A stretch of 63,029 bases of DNA, counting the filler, from Reticulomyxa filosa (Eukaryota > Protista > Foraminifera): NCBI GenBank assembly GCA_000512085.1. It is 11 parts of 11 records of this genome, joined end to end, with 100 filler letters (N's around TTAATTAATTAA, not from the genome) between each part and the next. Parts side by side here need not be neighbours in the genome. Positions count along the whole stretch, not along the records: positions 1 to 28,482 come from ASPP01026168.1; 10 more parts are not named here. The stretch is one strand, 5' to 3'. Of this stretch, positions 12,097 to 25,439 are shown one piece after another. Both the position numbers and the translations under genes were made by a program. Every line of letters starts with the position of its first letter. Within the stretch, counting starts at the first letter, position 1. The notes beneath the pieces are model-generated. The model saw only the letters and a list, made by a program, of their open reading frames with translations. It was not told the origin of the DNA and did no database searches.

Positions 12097-15000
12097 ATGG
12101 ACAACAGGCGCACAAACAACTTGGAGACGATTAGTAATAAAACAGATATAAAAGACACGGTCAATACTTTAAGGAATAGTCAAGGAGCAGAACAACAAGG
12201 TATTGGAAGTGGTGTACGTAATACCCCTAGTGCAACAATCAAGACAAACTCAGCAAACGGTCAAGCCGAAGGCGGCGCGAGAACGGCCATACTCACAACT
12301 ACAATCAACATCAACAATAACAACACAAAGGACCATACCATCATACCTACAGCGACAAATGGCAGTTCGCTACATAAGCTTAGTAATGGAGGTCATGTCA
12401 TAACAAATGACTGGAACATAACAAAGGGCGATGTAAACCAATCGAACATAACAAAACGATACAACGTCAATGGAGTTGATATTATTGAAGGTATGCCCAC
12501 CAAAGATATCATTGACATTCCACGAATCCGACAATCCCAACAAATCGATCCTCACAGTGAAATTTTCCCTGACGATACCAGCCTATTCATTGGAGATTTG
12601 TCACGACATGTTTCCGAAGTTTCGTACTCCTCTTTCTTAGCTATTGTCGCTCCCCTCTTCTTTTGTCCCCTTTTTTTTCTATCACTCAAATAGACAAATA
12701 CACTAACCAAAAAAAAAAAGGAACACATGTTAGAAATATTTTCCCAATTTGGTGAAGTAGAACATGTAGATATCAAACGGGATAAAGTCACTAAAAATAA
12801 TTTAGGCTATGGCTTTGTTACATTCAAAGTTAATTGAGCACCAAGACGTATACATTTCCAACTCAAAGAAGAACACAAAAAACAACAACAGAATCGTGAC
12901 CAAGCAGAACAAGCAAAGCGTAATATGCATGGCATGGAAATAGGTGGTCGTACGATCCGTATTGGTTGGGCACAAAAAAATACCAATTTATTTGTTGAGA
13001 TTTTTTTATTTTATTTTTTGCCAAATTTTCGCCTTGTTCACATTTTTGAAGGCTCCTTTGGAAATTGTTGGAAATAACAGGTGGGAGATTTGGATGGTAG
13101 AATCGATGCCGAACATTTGAAAATAATATTCAAACAGTTTGGCCCGATTTACAATGACGATACTTTTGTAAAGAGAAACGGATATGTATGTAGTTACTCG
13201 AATACTACTCCCCTTTGCTTGTTTTTAATCTCTCTTTCAAAGAACAATTTGCAAATTAACAACCAAAGTGATACCCTAGCCGTTTTATTTATTTTGGCAA
13301 TGACGGCCAAAAACAAACGCACAAAAAAAAAAAGGGATTCGTGAAGTTTAAACATCGAACACATGCTGAAAAGGCAAAAGCAACTCTGGATGGAAAATTT
13401 TTAACCATCCCGGGCACAAATCAACAAACAGAACGTCCAATTCGTATTGGCTGGGGAGATGCAAATACTCAGAGAAATTGCGTTCATGTCCAGTTTGACA
13501 GTACCCATGTGAGAGCGTCTGTTTCTTACTTGTGTTGATCGATGAAAATGGCTTATTGTTCTCATCACTTGTGTTTGTTTGATGCGCGGGGTGGGGGCTC
13601 ATGAATCTTCCAGGGTGCTCAAGTGGACCTTAAAGAAAGCGATTTTAATGAAGTATTCCAACAGTTTGGTGTTGTAGTGAAAGTATCATTGCCTCGCTTT
13701 CCTGACAAAAAGCTGAAAGGCTATGGATTTATCCATTTCGAAGAAAATGATGACGGGTATATGGCTTTGTTTTGATTTCCATTCAAAAAACCGAAAAATG
13801 TTTGGCAATTGTTCAAAAAGTACACATACATTGTATTTGTCTGTCTCAAATGAATAAACACGATGACACGCTTTGAAATTTAGAGAGGAAGCAGCAGCAC
13901 GTGCAATTACTACACTGTCATTCGGAAAGTCAACGGTGTGACTATTCAATGCAATTTTGGCAAAAGCAAAACCAAAGACACAAGCGCTTCAATAAACACT
14001 TTCGTTCCAATCAGTTTGATGACGAAATGGATGACATGGGCGAATCTCAAAATTCAGGAAATGAAATCAACTCTAGCCACAATCGCACTATGAACTCGGG
14101 ACACAATACAAGTGCTTCATATGAATATTTGAACAATCCCAACCCTCAAATTCAACGAATTGGTGGCTCAGTCGGCAACGAGACACTGGCATTCCATCCA
14201 CAATTGGAGTTTGGGCGTCTTTGTGACATAAACACAAACAGCAAACAAAGCAATAAATACCAATGAAATACGCACACACTGTTTCACATTAAAAATACTG
14301 TAGAACAGAAACAGTGAAGCAGCAACATATGCTGCAAACCGAAACATGCTGGAGCCAACTGTTGGATCCTTTTCAAATCAATTGACCAGTACCACTACAT
14401 TACCACCATCACTGACCCAATTCACCAGCTTGCCACCAGGTCCATACTTGGCCCCACCTGCAATGTACGGAAAGACATTAGAGGCCTTGGCAGCCGTTTC
14501 ACCAAATTACGCGCCTTTTGGTAAACCAAGTCCGTCACCAGCAATGCTGTCGCCTCCAAACTTACCCAATGCAGTTTTTTTTTTTTCATAGCATTTCCAA
14601 CAATACGTATCAATGAATAAAAAAAAAAACAACCAACTAGTTTATGCATTAAATTGATCAAATAGGGAAATTTCACGGGATTATCTCCTCCCAATCCAAC
14701 TCCAATGAACCAAAGTGCGTCCAATGTATTGTTGCGGTTATCTGGACTGAATCAGTTTACTAATAGCAATGTCACATTACCCGCAAACATAACTGCGCCA
14801 AATTCGTCAATACAACCCGGTACAACTGGAACCAATTTTGCCAATTTGGTTGCATTTTTGCCTCAAACAAGTTTATCCGGATTACATCAATCGCTTTCTC
14901 CAAACTGGGGAGCAACTGGTTTAAATTCAGTTACATCTATGCCGAGCATTAACAACCACTTCACTGCCAGTCCTTCCATGAATGTCAACAAGACTACCGG

Positions 15001-15097
15001 GCAGCCATCTAATCCATATGGCAATTTTCCGATCTCTTTGAATGGCTTAAATCTTTCGCCACCCAATTTACCAGTGAAAGACAAGTATGTTTTTTAA
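12097..15097 (+). CDS. Multi-exon RNA-binding protein with three RRM domains and an Asn/Pro/Ser-rich C-terminus
   Basis: RNP2 SLFIGDL and LF(V)GDL; RNP1 LGYGFVTF and KGYGFIHF; RIGWAQKN and IRIGWGDA RRM ends; several short GT-AG introns. Confidence 0.85.
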
Positions 15098-16579
15098 TAT
15101 TACAAATTTCCAATTTATGTCATATACAACAAAAATAAAAAACTCGCACTGACTCTAACAGCTTGGTGAATCAAAGATAATTCAATTGGTTTATGCCAAT
15201 TCCATGGTGGAGAAATTTTTTATTTTAAACATGCAAACGTTAATGTGTTTTACACAAGTTTGCTTCGAAAAATCTTTACAAAAAGTCACTGTTGACAAAC
15301 AACAAGACAATTTGTTTTTGGTGAACGAGAAAAGTTTTGTGATTGTTTTTAAAAATTTTTGGATGGTATTGTTGCGGCGAGATAAAAAGGTGCAAAAATT
15401 TGCAACAAAGTTTATTTTGTGAGTGGAATCGAATTTTTTTTTGAAAAAACTCTTCACCAAAATTTTGTTTTCTTTTTGTTTCGACTTTTTTTTGTTTTGT
15501 TTTTTCGTCTGTTTCGGGCGTTTTTTTGTGTTTCAATGCAAATTTGTTCGATAAAAAATAACTATCACAGATATGACACCTTTGTCAATCACGTTATTTT
15601 CTTTCTTTTTTTTTTTTTTGAGATGACATTTTTTTCTTTACAACTTTCTTTGATTTGTTTGTGATGTCGAATTGTTTGTCAGTGCGCTTTTTTGATCTGT
15701 CAACAAAAATGAAAAACTTATACTTGAGTATTTTTTGTTGTGTCAAAAAATTTTTCCCCTTTTATTGTCCTCATTAAAAATTTTCATGTACTTCTCCAAC
15801 AAAAAATGTTTTACGTGTTTCTCTTTTATCCTCAATATACTTGATGGCAAATGTTTTGTCTTTATACTGCACTTATTTTGAATCACATTTTGACGTTGAT
15901 GAATTTTCTCTGGAATGTTCAATGTATTGAGAATAGAACATATACATCTTGGACACGTTATCTATCTCAAACGTACGCGATCAATTTCACCAATTTTGTA
16001 GTTTAATTACCATCAACTCTAAAAAAGACTCACCAAAATGAGCTCTTACAAACATTTCATTTCTTCACAAAATTTTTGATTCTACATGTGGATGGACCGG
16101 AAGTATGTTTGTTTTTAATATAAGTGTAAAACGACAAAATTCCAATTTTTTTGGTAATATCAATGCATAGATCTGTTTAAAGGAATGTTTATTCTGAAGG
16201 AAATTATAAATTTTTATAACTTATTTTTGATCATGTGTACAATATTTTATAAGCTTTTGATTATTAGTATAACAATTTCATAGTACTTTTCACAAGTCAA
16301 ATGAAATATTCATTTTGGTCATTATTTTGCAGTGTATCGCTTGTATACAATTTTTCAACAAATTACAACGTTATTTGTTTAAAACTGTTCAAGAAGAGCC
16401 TTATTTTTTATATCATAGCATATATTGATCGCTGGGATATTAACAGTTGGAATATTAAAGCATTGATAGGTATATCAGCATGTCAATTTGTTCTCTTCAA
16501 GTGGCTATAGTTGTCATTGAACTAGGAAAACTCTAAAAACGTACTGTTTTTGTGACCGCAAATTAAAAGAGATAGAGAA

Positions 16580-17355
16580 ATGAAATCGATATTATTAACA
16601 CGGAAAAAAAAGAGAAAAAACTAAGCCCAAGCAATAAACGTGTGTCATTTTCATTGCATGCACTGGAACAAGTGATAGAAATTCCAGCAGCGAACAAAGG
16701 ATCACGAAGAGAGTTGCGGCAAATTAGTGAAAAACTGTCAAGTGATCTGGAGATGTATCGATATCAACGTCGATTGTGCTGTCGGAAATGGCGTGACCCA
16801 TCAATGATCAGTTATGGAAGTCATCGTCCATTGGACATAACCAAAAATTGGAAACAAATGCAAAGCAAATTGGTTAAGATGTTCCAAAACGAATGGGCGA
16901 CCGATTTATCCATGTGTTTCAATCGAAAGCAAATCGATTTACTTCAACCCATGATCGAAAGGGCTCAGCCGAATGCCGAGTTGTTCAGTATATGGAATTA
17001 CTGGACACTCCTCATATGGTCGGAAGAAGCCAAACAAAATCGAATTCAAGAGCTTCGTCGCACATTGTCTTCGTCATGTATTATTCTTATTTATCTTTTT
17101 TTGAGAATTTAAACACTTTTAGTACTCTCCCCTGCTATTAATCAAATAATAGACGATAGCGATGATTCAGACACAAGTGAAGAAAAAGATGAGAAACCTT
17201 ATTCAATGAAAAAAGCATCACAACGAAATTCTAACTTCATGGAACTAACCAGCGAAACGGAAAAACAATTGCTTCAGCTTTTGGAACGTCTTATGAAATG
17301 CAAAGAGCAAATATTTGCAGCTAAAAAGAATGTTGTTCACAATCCCGGCATCTGA
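16580..17355 (+). CDS. Hypothetical protein, 2 exons; likely a 1-nt homopolymer frameshift near the start
   Basis: ORF 16642-17112 splices (TCA T|GTATT...AATAG|AC GAT) to an acidic exon ending TGA at 17353-17355. The ATG at 16580 is one base out of frame across a poly-A run. Confidence 0.5.
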
Positions 17356-17913
17356 CATTGTTTTTTTTTCAATTGTAATTCGTTTGTGTCAACAATTTTT
17401 ATACTTTTCGCTTTGTTGATGGACTTTTTTTATCTGTTTTTTTTCTGGGATTGTTTATCAATCAAGGATCAGTTATTGGACAGTTTTTGGCTGATTTTGG
17501 TTTTTTTTGTTTTTTTTTGTTTTTTTGTTTTTTATGTTTTTTGAGAGCGTCGCATTTATGGGCAATTGGTACACAATTTACATACTTTTTTACACACCAA
17601 TTGGGATCAAAATGCGAAACTTTCTTGTTGCGTTTTGTTTCATATTTGTTTGGTTGCGTGTTGGAAGTTGGAGATGGTCCACTTGTTAAAAAATCTGTAG
17701 ATGAAAGCAATACATATTATTGCATCTAAAAAACATAAATTGAAAACTTGTCTGTGGAAAAGAAGAAAGATGTCAACCTTTGCTAAGAAAGAATTTTTTA
17801 ATTTTTGTTTTGAAAATGTTTAGGGTAAGGTATATCCATCAAAATCAATTTTTGAAAAATTAAGTGGTGGATGACCTCGATTGATTTCAGTGTTTTTCAA
17901 AAAAGAAAAGAAG

Positions 17914-19368
17914 TTACAATTTGGTGTCTTGAGATATTTGTTGTGAGGATTCGTTAGTAATGTTTTCATTTACTGTAGTAACATTATTGTCTGTAGCATG
18001 TTTTGATTTTTCGTGCTCTTCTTCAAGTTTCATTTCTTCTGGAACGGGTACGAAAGAATCGATGGATGGCCCTTTGTAGTCCACAAAGTACTCATTCATT
18101 TTATGAATAGTAAATTCTCTCAATATCAGATTGTCTTCTTCATCTTTGCCAAAACCACTGGCTGTACCATTGAATTCTAAGATGTATTCTTTGCCATCTT
18201 GAGCAGCAACCAAAACATCTACAGTAACAATGTCCATACCACCAAAGCTCTGTCCACAGATATCCGCCCAAAATTTATATCGTGGCAACAATTCCAAGTC
18301 CTCAATATGTGCTGTCCCAGTATTAGTTTTCCAATTGCCACTCATTGAAATTCTTTTGAATACCCGATAATGTGTACCGATTTTTTGGATTCTCAAATCA
18401 CATTGCCCTTTCATTCAAATTTTAAAGATTGTGAGAAAAGGTTGTCTGGATAGTATATGTACATAGGAAAATATATACAAACCTTCAATATACTTTTCAG
18501 CCGTGCAATACTGACCTGATGATATGTACATGTGCAATTTGAAGCAAAAGAAAAGAGGCAAGCATATATGAACAAAGACCGACAAAAGAATTATTTACCG
18601 GTGCAAGTCACAACGGATTTTAAATCTTGAAACTGCTTTTGATCGTCTAATAGCATCTTTCCATATCCGGCGTGACCGGCCCCAATTTTGATCACAAGAG
18701 GACCTGATGGAGAGGTAGTCATTTCTTCACCAGACGAGTAATAATGATGGGGGAAAATAGGAAAATTCTCTTGTCCATAAATACGATTAAATTTAATCAA
18801 TTCGGCGATCATCAATGGTCGATCCAACATACAATATTCGCTTATTAAACTGTTGTATTTACGTGAGCGCATATGCACTAAAAAAAAAATTGTGGGCAAA
18901 TATATCTTCATGCCTGTTTATAGACGGTAATTGTGCATGAATAAAACCAAATAATTTGTTGCGATTGTCTCCTCCAGGAAAAATCATAAAACACAAATTA
19001 CGAATCAACAAATAATCTGGTATGAAGGTACGTGCCCCTTTTTCAGATTGCGGCGTGTCCGGGATTGGTTTTCGTGGGCGTTGCAATGTGCACACGCATT
19101 TGCTGTCTGAATAAGATGTGAATGTTATATCTGCCCAACCTGCCTGCTCCACAATAATCTCTCTACCATTGGAAAGTTTGCAGCCCTTGAACAGGCTATA
19201 AAAGTTTTCGTCGGCGTGTGAAGAGATTACCAACAGTCGTACTGGTTTGTTCTGCTCTCCTGACACTCTACTCGGATGTTTAAAATCATCAATCCTACGT
19301 TTTATATCTTCGGCATTTCTACTTACATGTTCATCGGTTTCGGTTAGATTTTTTTGAGAATTTCCCAT
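17914..19368 (-). CDS. Synapsin-like ATP-grasp protein; exons 19368-18914, 18849-18599, 18515-18483, 18407-17914
   Basis: Synapsin C-domain motifs: VEQAGW, TFIPDYLLIRN, LPSINSL, PLVIKIGAGHAGYGKM, YCTAEKYIE, DLRIQKIG, RISMSGNWKTNTG, FGGMDIVTVD, DGKEYILEFN. The splice junctions restore a continuous frame. Confidence 0.9.
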
Positions 19369-20024
19369 CTTTTGATTATTTCGTCAATCCTAACAAAAAC
19401 TCACCAAACAAAAACTGGGCCACGGTGTGTTTCTTCATCCCATTTTAATTGTTTTTAAGCTGATTTTGAGTAATGAAACAACACAGCAAAAGTTCCTAGA
19501 TTTCACAAAAATTGCTTTTTTTAATTAAGATATGTCCCATCGAATAATACAATATTACAAAAATCCAACTACTGTAAAGAAATATATTACTATAAAAAAA
19601 AATTTTTTACTAGCTATAAACTTGTAGAATCTTTTCGCGACAAATATCGGAAATGCATGAAATTTATTTTCAAAATTTTCTTCAAAACTTAAGATTTTGA
19701 AGTATAGTCAATTTAAACTTACATTCTTCAAAATAAAACTTTTTTAACAAAGTTAATATTAATGAATAGTGAGACTAATACTAATTTTTAAAAAATTATA
19801 GCAACACATCAACAGGGTATCTAACATTAATGTATTTGTATAAGCTTGTATTTGTATAATTTGCTATACAAAATATTTACAGACTATCTTTGGAATTGAA
19901 TGTACATTCTGTAATGTAGAAGAATTACACAAGAAAAGAGTAGCCAAGAGTGGAAATGTACATTATCCTTGGAGTGATGAAACTGAAATCATATGACGCA
20001 GTGAATGTAATATTACATATACTA

Positions 20025-20190
20025 CAGTAGAATGCAAAATAAAGTTGACACCTAAAACGACACATTATAGAGATGTGACTTTCTAAATGAAAAAACAATA
20101 TTCAGACATAATTTTTTAAAAATATATACTAATCGTGTACTTTTTAAATATCATTTTGGTTTTTTATTACATCTTTCATAATTGTTTAAA
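20025..20190 (+). repeat. Left terminal inverted repeat of the Tc1-like element
   Basis: aatgcaaaataaagttgacacctaaaacgacacattatagagatg... is the reverse complement (few mismatches) of ~21232-21397. Confidence 0.85.
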
Positions 20191-21231
20191 AAATTTGAAT
20201 ATTTTATTGATTTTTGACTGTGTCGTAAACATGAAATTTGCCAGCTTTTTTTAAAGCATTTTCAGAAAATTCTCAATGTGTAGATATTTGTAAAAAAAAA
20301 GATTAGTCTTCTAAGTTGAATAGTTTTTGAGAAAACTCAATTTTTTGTTAACAAAAAAATTTTATTTTGCAGAATTTAGTGTTATTTTCAAAGTTTATAC
20401 ATGAAGGCAAGACGGTTTTTGACTACTGTGTGCTTTGTTTTTAATTATCATTTGTTTTTTCTTTTTTTTGTCCAATGCCAAACAAGTCAAGTTAATTCAA
20501 AAGCACAAGAACTAAAATTTTTTTTTGTGGTAAGATTGTTTTTAATGAAAATTACCATTTGGTTAAATCACTTTTTGCATTATATACTAATTGTATTCTA
20601 TCTGATTTTGTTAAGTTTGTGCATGTTTCTTTGTCAATTTTTTTACATTCTAATTCAAATTGCTTCTAAAGTTCTTTTTTTGATATGAATGGTCAATTTT
20701 TGAATATTTTTGTTTTCACTATCCACAACATATTTTCGATTTGGTTCAGGTCTGGAGAATTTGGAGTGAAATCCAATACTTTAATAGCATTTTGTTCAAA
20801 ATATTGTTTTGTTGTAATTACTGTGTAGTCAGTGGCATTATCTTGCTAAAATATACGATTTTTATTATCTACTAAGCACCAATTAATGCTTTTTGAGCAT
20901 TTCACACATAGAACTTTTTTGTAAATATCTGCATTGACACATCAATTAATGTTACATGCATGACCAGGTCCAAGACCACAAGATTATGCTTATACAATCG
21001 ATTTTTGATGTTTTTATGATTGAACGTCAGCTTCTATTTACGCACACATTCATGACTTACACGAAATTTTTTTGCAATTTTGCGCAAACTACAGTTCTAG
21101 TGCAACTGCTCAACAGCACACATTTTGTTAAAATTCTCAATCCTTTAGAAATTTTCAAAAACAAATAATCAAAAAACTCAAATATCAAATTACACTGAAC
21201 TAAAAAAAAAGGAAAAATAAGATAAAATATT

Positions 21232-21397
21232 GAAATAATTAGGAAATATGTAATAAAAAACCAAAACGATATTTAAAAAGTACAAGATTTGTATATATAT
21301 TTTAAAAATTATGTCTGAATGTTGTTTTTTCATGTAGAAAGTCGATCATCTCTATAATGTGCCGTTTTAGGTGTCAACTTTATTTTGCATTGTATTG
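21232..21397 (-). repeat. Right terminal inverted repeat of the Tc1-like element
   Basis: ...catctctataatgtgccgttttaggtgtcaactttattttgcatt pairs with 20031-20075, and the similarity continues inward. Confidence 0.85.
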
Positions 21398-21419
21398 AAT
21401 TAAAAGATAGTAAAAGAAG

Positions 21420-22330
21420 TAACATTGTATCATAAATATATCAAATGGAGAAGTTTCTGAATTGCAATATGACAACATCATATAAATTATTGAGAAGCAA
21501 TTATGATATTGAAGGTTATGTAAAGATAAGTTCAAAGAGAAATAAATACAATATCAAGATCTGAAAGTTGGTGTCACAGATTTACAATGATCAAAACTCA
21601 CATAAGAGCAAATTTCAAATGCATATTCAATCAGGTATCAATTTGAGAAGTGGAATAAACAGACACAAAAAGATATTTTAAACACATTGGATGAAAATAC
21701 AATTGTAGTATTTGCGAATGAAAAATTATAAAATACTTAGTTGTGGAAGGATGGTCATTTTAATTGATACCAAGTTTGTGATTAATGCAATATGGGATTC
21801 TGATATATATAAATTGCAAATTATGGATTGTCAGAAGATCTTGATATCATTTAATGATAATAATGTTACCGAAATTTATTGGATTAAAGAAAATTCTGTT
21901 ATTCATGAAAATGATAAAGTGGATATTATTGCAAATAATGCTCGTAAGGAAGCAAAGTAATTGCAGCTAGATTTGGTTAAACAGCATAGATCAGAAGCAT
22001 TCCTGAATAATCACAGATTGAATAAATTCTTTACAGAGCAATGGAATAGACATTAAATTTTGTATTGATACTCCAAGACATATTGTCCTGATTGTATTTG
22101 GTGTGAAGAAGGGACTGTCGAGTCGCACTGTTAAATATAAACAAGGGAAAGGAAGAGATCATATTTGAGAATGTGGAAGGTGAACAAGAAAGCTAGAAGG
22201 CAATTCTTATGTGCCAACATATCCTGCAATTATGACTACTCAAATCAAAGCCAAAGATAGACAGCAAATATTTAATTAAGAAATGCTTGGTGATCTGTTG
22301 TATTCGATTAACTTGGATTATCAAAGAGCT
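21420..22330 (+). mobile_element. Degenerate non-LTR retrotransposon 3' remnant (RNase H-like and C-terminal Cys motif)
   Basis: ORF 21712-21960 ends IYWIKENSVIHENDKVDIIANNARK, resembling the RNase H WVxxHxGIxGNExADxLAK motif. HRLNKF and YCPDC fragments lie downstream. Many stops. Confidence 0.55.
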
Positions 22331-25300
22331 GTATTGGAAGTTTTCAGTATTATATTTTTGGTATAATTTTTTAGTTAAAAAATAAGTATTACTTTGTCTA
22401 ATTTTTAAAAATTGGATTATCATTTTTTATTGAATGTAAAAATAAACATGTTGTGAAAATTTTTTTGAAAGTACAATTAAAAGATATGATTAAACTATTA
22501 CGTTTTTTTAAGTTTCAACAAAAAAAAAAGTAGGGGGAAATTAAATATCATTGGAATGAAAATTGGTTGGATGAAATTTTGTCATTGATTCGTTTTCTAA
22601 ACAGTTCATTTTTTATCGCGCTGCAATGAGAACTAGAAAAGCAAGTGTTGGTCTTTCAAGCGGAAACGATACATCCAGCCAAAAGTGACCCGAACGTGTG
22701 TTCGCAATGCATATTTCATCCATTGTACATGAGGACGCACATTAAGTTTACTATTCCACCAAATTACAATGGGAAGGAATCAACATATGCAAATTACGGG
22801 ACATCAAATGACAAAATTTCAAACAAGTCAAAAAAAAAGGATGGATAAGAAGATGTATTTTTGGTTAAATTCATGTGTTGTTGATGACGACAGTGTGGAC
22901 ACAGTTTTGCCATTCTTGTGTGTAGTATGCATTATACGTGTAACACAACTTTTTATTGCTATCGTAATATGGATCTCCATTGGAACTGACATCTCTTTTT
23001 TTTGTGAACACGAACACAGAGTATAAGTAATCAAAAAGGTCGAAAGTCGAAAGATGACAAATGGATACTGTTTACAGCAGGACCAATGGGGACTGGTAAA
23101 ACTCACACTGTCCGTTGGTTGAATCAACAAAAGCTGTCACATATAGACATGTCACCAAAGAAGTATACAAGTATCTATCGGTCAGGTTTTTTTTGGATAA
23201 AAGCTGATGTTCTGATCACTTGATCAAGATAAAAAATCCAATTTGGAATGGTTGGATGCATCAACTGCTGACACTCATTGAGGGACTAATTCGATGACCC
23301 AGAATAATATTGGTGGTGCAACAGCGACAGCAACAGCAATAATAGGCAATCGACGAATCGAATCACAAGTAGTTGCAATGGAAAGTCAATGGTGCAACTA
23401 AATCTAAATTTTGCACAAACGATTCAAACTCTGACTTTATGCAGCACGGTTGAGATGAGAAACATTGATGTTGACCCATATGGGACGAAAGGATTGATAG
23501 CGTCGACGTCGGAGGTGATGGGCGCTACGCAGGGATTGTAAGCCAGCAATCATAGCAGCAGTAGAAGCAACATCAGCTCGGACAATGTCGGTAAGGCAAT
23601 TCTACAAAGAAGCTCAATCTTTAACTTGAATCCCAAGAACACAATGCGATATCGTAACGAGGACAGCACGTCAACAGACACACGCAGCACTTGGAAGCAG
23701 CCAAATGTCTTTGGGAAGTGTTTACATGATTTAAATAATATCATAATCTGCATAGGATATCAAGTGATGCAAAACTAGTGACAGCACAATTTGTAATATC
23801 TGATTTAACGGTGTTGGCAAACCTAGCTGGAATATCGGTCCACATTCAGCGAAATCGTTGCGGAATTGTTCCATTTTAGCGGTATCATGGACAACAGTAA
23901 TATAATGAACGCATCAGATTTTCCAGAGCATATTATCGACGACAATGATATCCAGCACAATATTTCGCAGGTGAAACACTTAACTATTTACAAGCTGATG
24001 ATAAAATTGCAGATGACTGTCAACAGTGTGATAGTATAGTTGACAGACTTTGTGAACAGTAATTTACTATAATCAAACAGTGTCTCGAATCAAAAGAATT
24101 TCGGATCACTAGCAACAGCACAATTCAGTCAATTAAAAAAAAAAATCAAATAAAAAAAGGGGGATATGAACATAAGATGATAGCAATGTCATCAGTTAGC
24201 GAATTGAACAGAATACAAGTAATGATCACAACGTCTGAAAATCCGTATAACTTTTTGATCATTATTTATACTAGCTCAGCTTATAACATCGCATGGACAA
24301 GTAGAGATAATAATAATAACAATAATAATGATGACAACATAGAGCATGATGACAATAACAATAACAATAGAATAATAATAAAAAATATACTACAACGTCA
24401 TCATTACTTCAACTTGCTAAAAAAGTTGTTTTTTTTTAACATTTGTGTTACAGAATGTGACCAGTATCGATATTGTTCGATTTTTGAAGTTTATTTTGAA
24501 ATGACCATTTTCCAGCTGCCATGTTAGTAGGAAAATTATTGAAGAATTTTATTGTTTGGAAAGATTTAGATAACAATATGACATTGGAAATAGTAGCTAT
24601 TACAAGTCAAGAACTGCATACTGTGGTGTGTGAAATTATTAGATCGTCATTTAAAAATTTTTGGAATTGATACAGCCTCTTGCAAAATTTTTTTTTGCAA
24701 GTTATTGAAAAATGTTGAAGTTACTGAATTTATCAGAGTTCAGCAAACATATGGCGAGCAATAAAGATCCAATATCGAATAAGCACCAAAGGTTCGTCAT
24801 TAACTATATTGCATTCACAAAATATGAAAGCAACATCATCAGGACAAATAAATATAAACTCGATGAATGAGAAAGACGAAGATTTATTATGACAAATGGA
24901 ATATCAAACAATGTAAGGAGATCATAGTTGATTTATCTTTTGGATTGAGAGGCAAAAGATCTCTATCAAGAGATAAAGATGATGAAATAATATAATCATC
25001 AAACAAGAAAATGAGGACGAATTATGTCACAAGTGTTGTTTCATCACAAAATGAAAAAGAATGAAAAAAGGATAAATTGAATGACGAAAACATTTGGAAG
25101 TAGAAAAGTATTAAAATTCGCAGCGATTACTTTTGTCGAACATCTATGACACTAATAATCAAATCAGTGGATGGAAGAAAACTTAAATCAGCATCATCGG
25201 TGAATTGGTTGGTGGTGAAACAATTTGAATCAAAGTCAAAGCACACGTTCTCACAGACTTGGAGGACATTGTTTGTGCATTTTGATAATCAAAAGATTAA

Positions 25301-25439
25301 CGGAGAAGGATTGGAGAGAATTGCAATATCATTTAATGAATTACATCAACAAGAAAATAAAGAAGAAAAAGAACAAAAGAAAAAGAAGAAGCAAATGAAA
25401 TGTGTTGTGTACAATCCAAAGTATATATATATATAAATT

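Larger units (their letters stand above)
20025..21397 (-). mobile_element. Decayed Tc1/mariner (Tc1-like) DNA transposon, ~1.37 kb
   Basis: Imperfect TIRs of ~160 bp; left end TA|CAGTAG. Minus-strand remnants SPDLNQIEN..W (~20723-20758), QDNA (~20834-20850) and GLGP..NADIYKKVL (~20910-20980), broken by stops and frameshifts. Confidence 0.85.
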
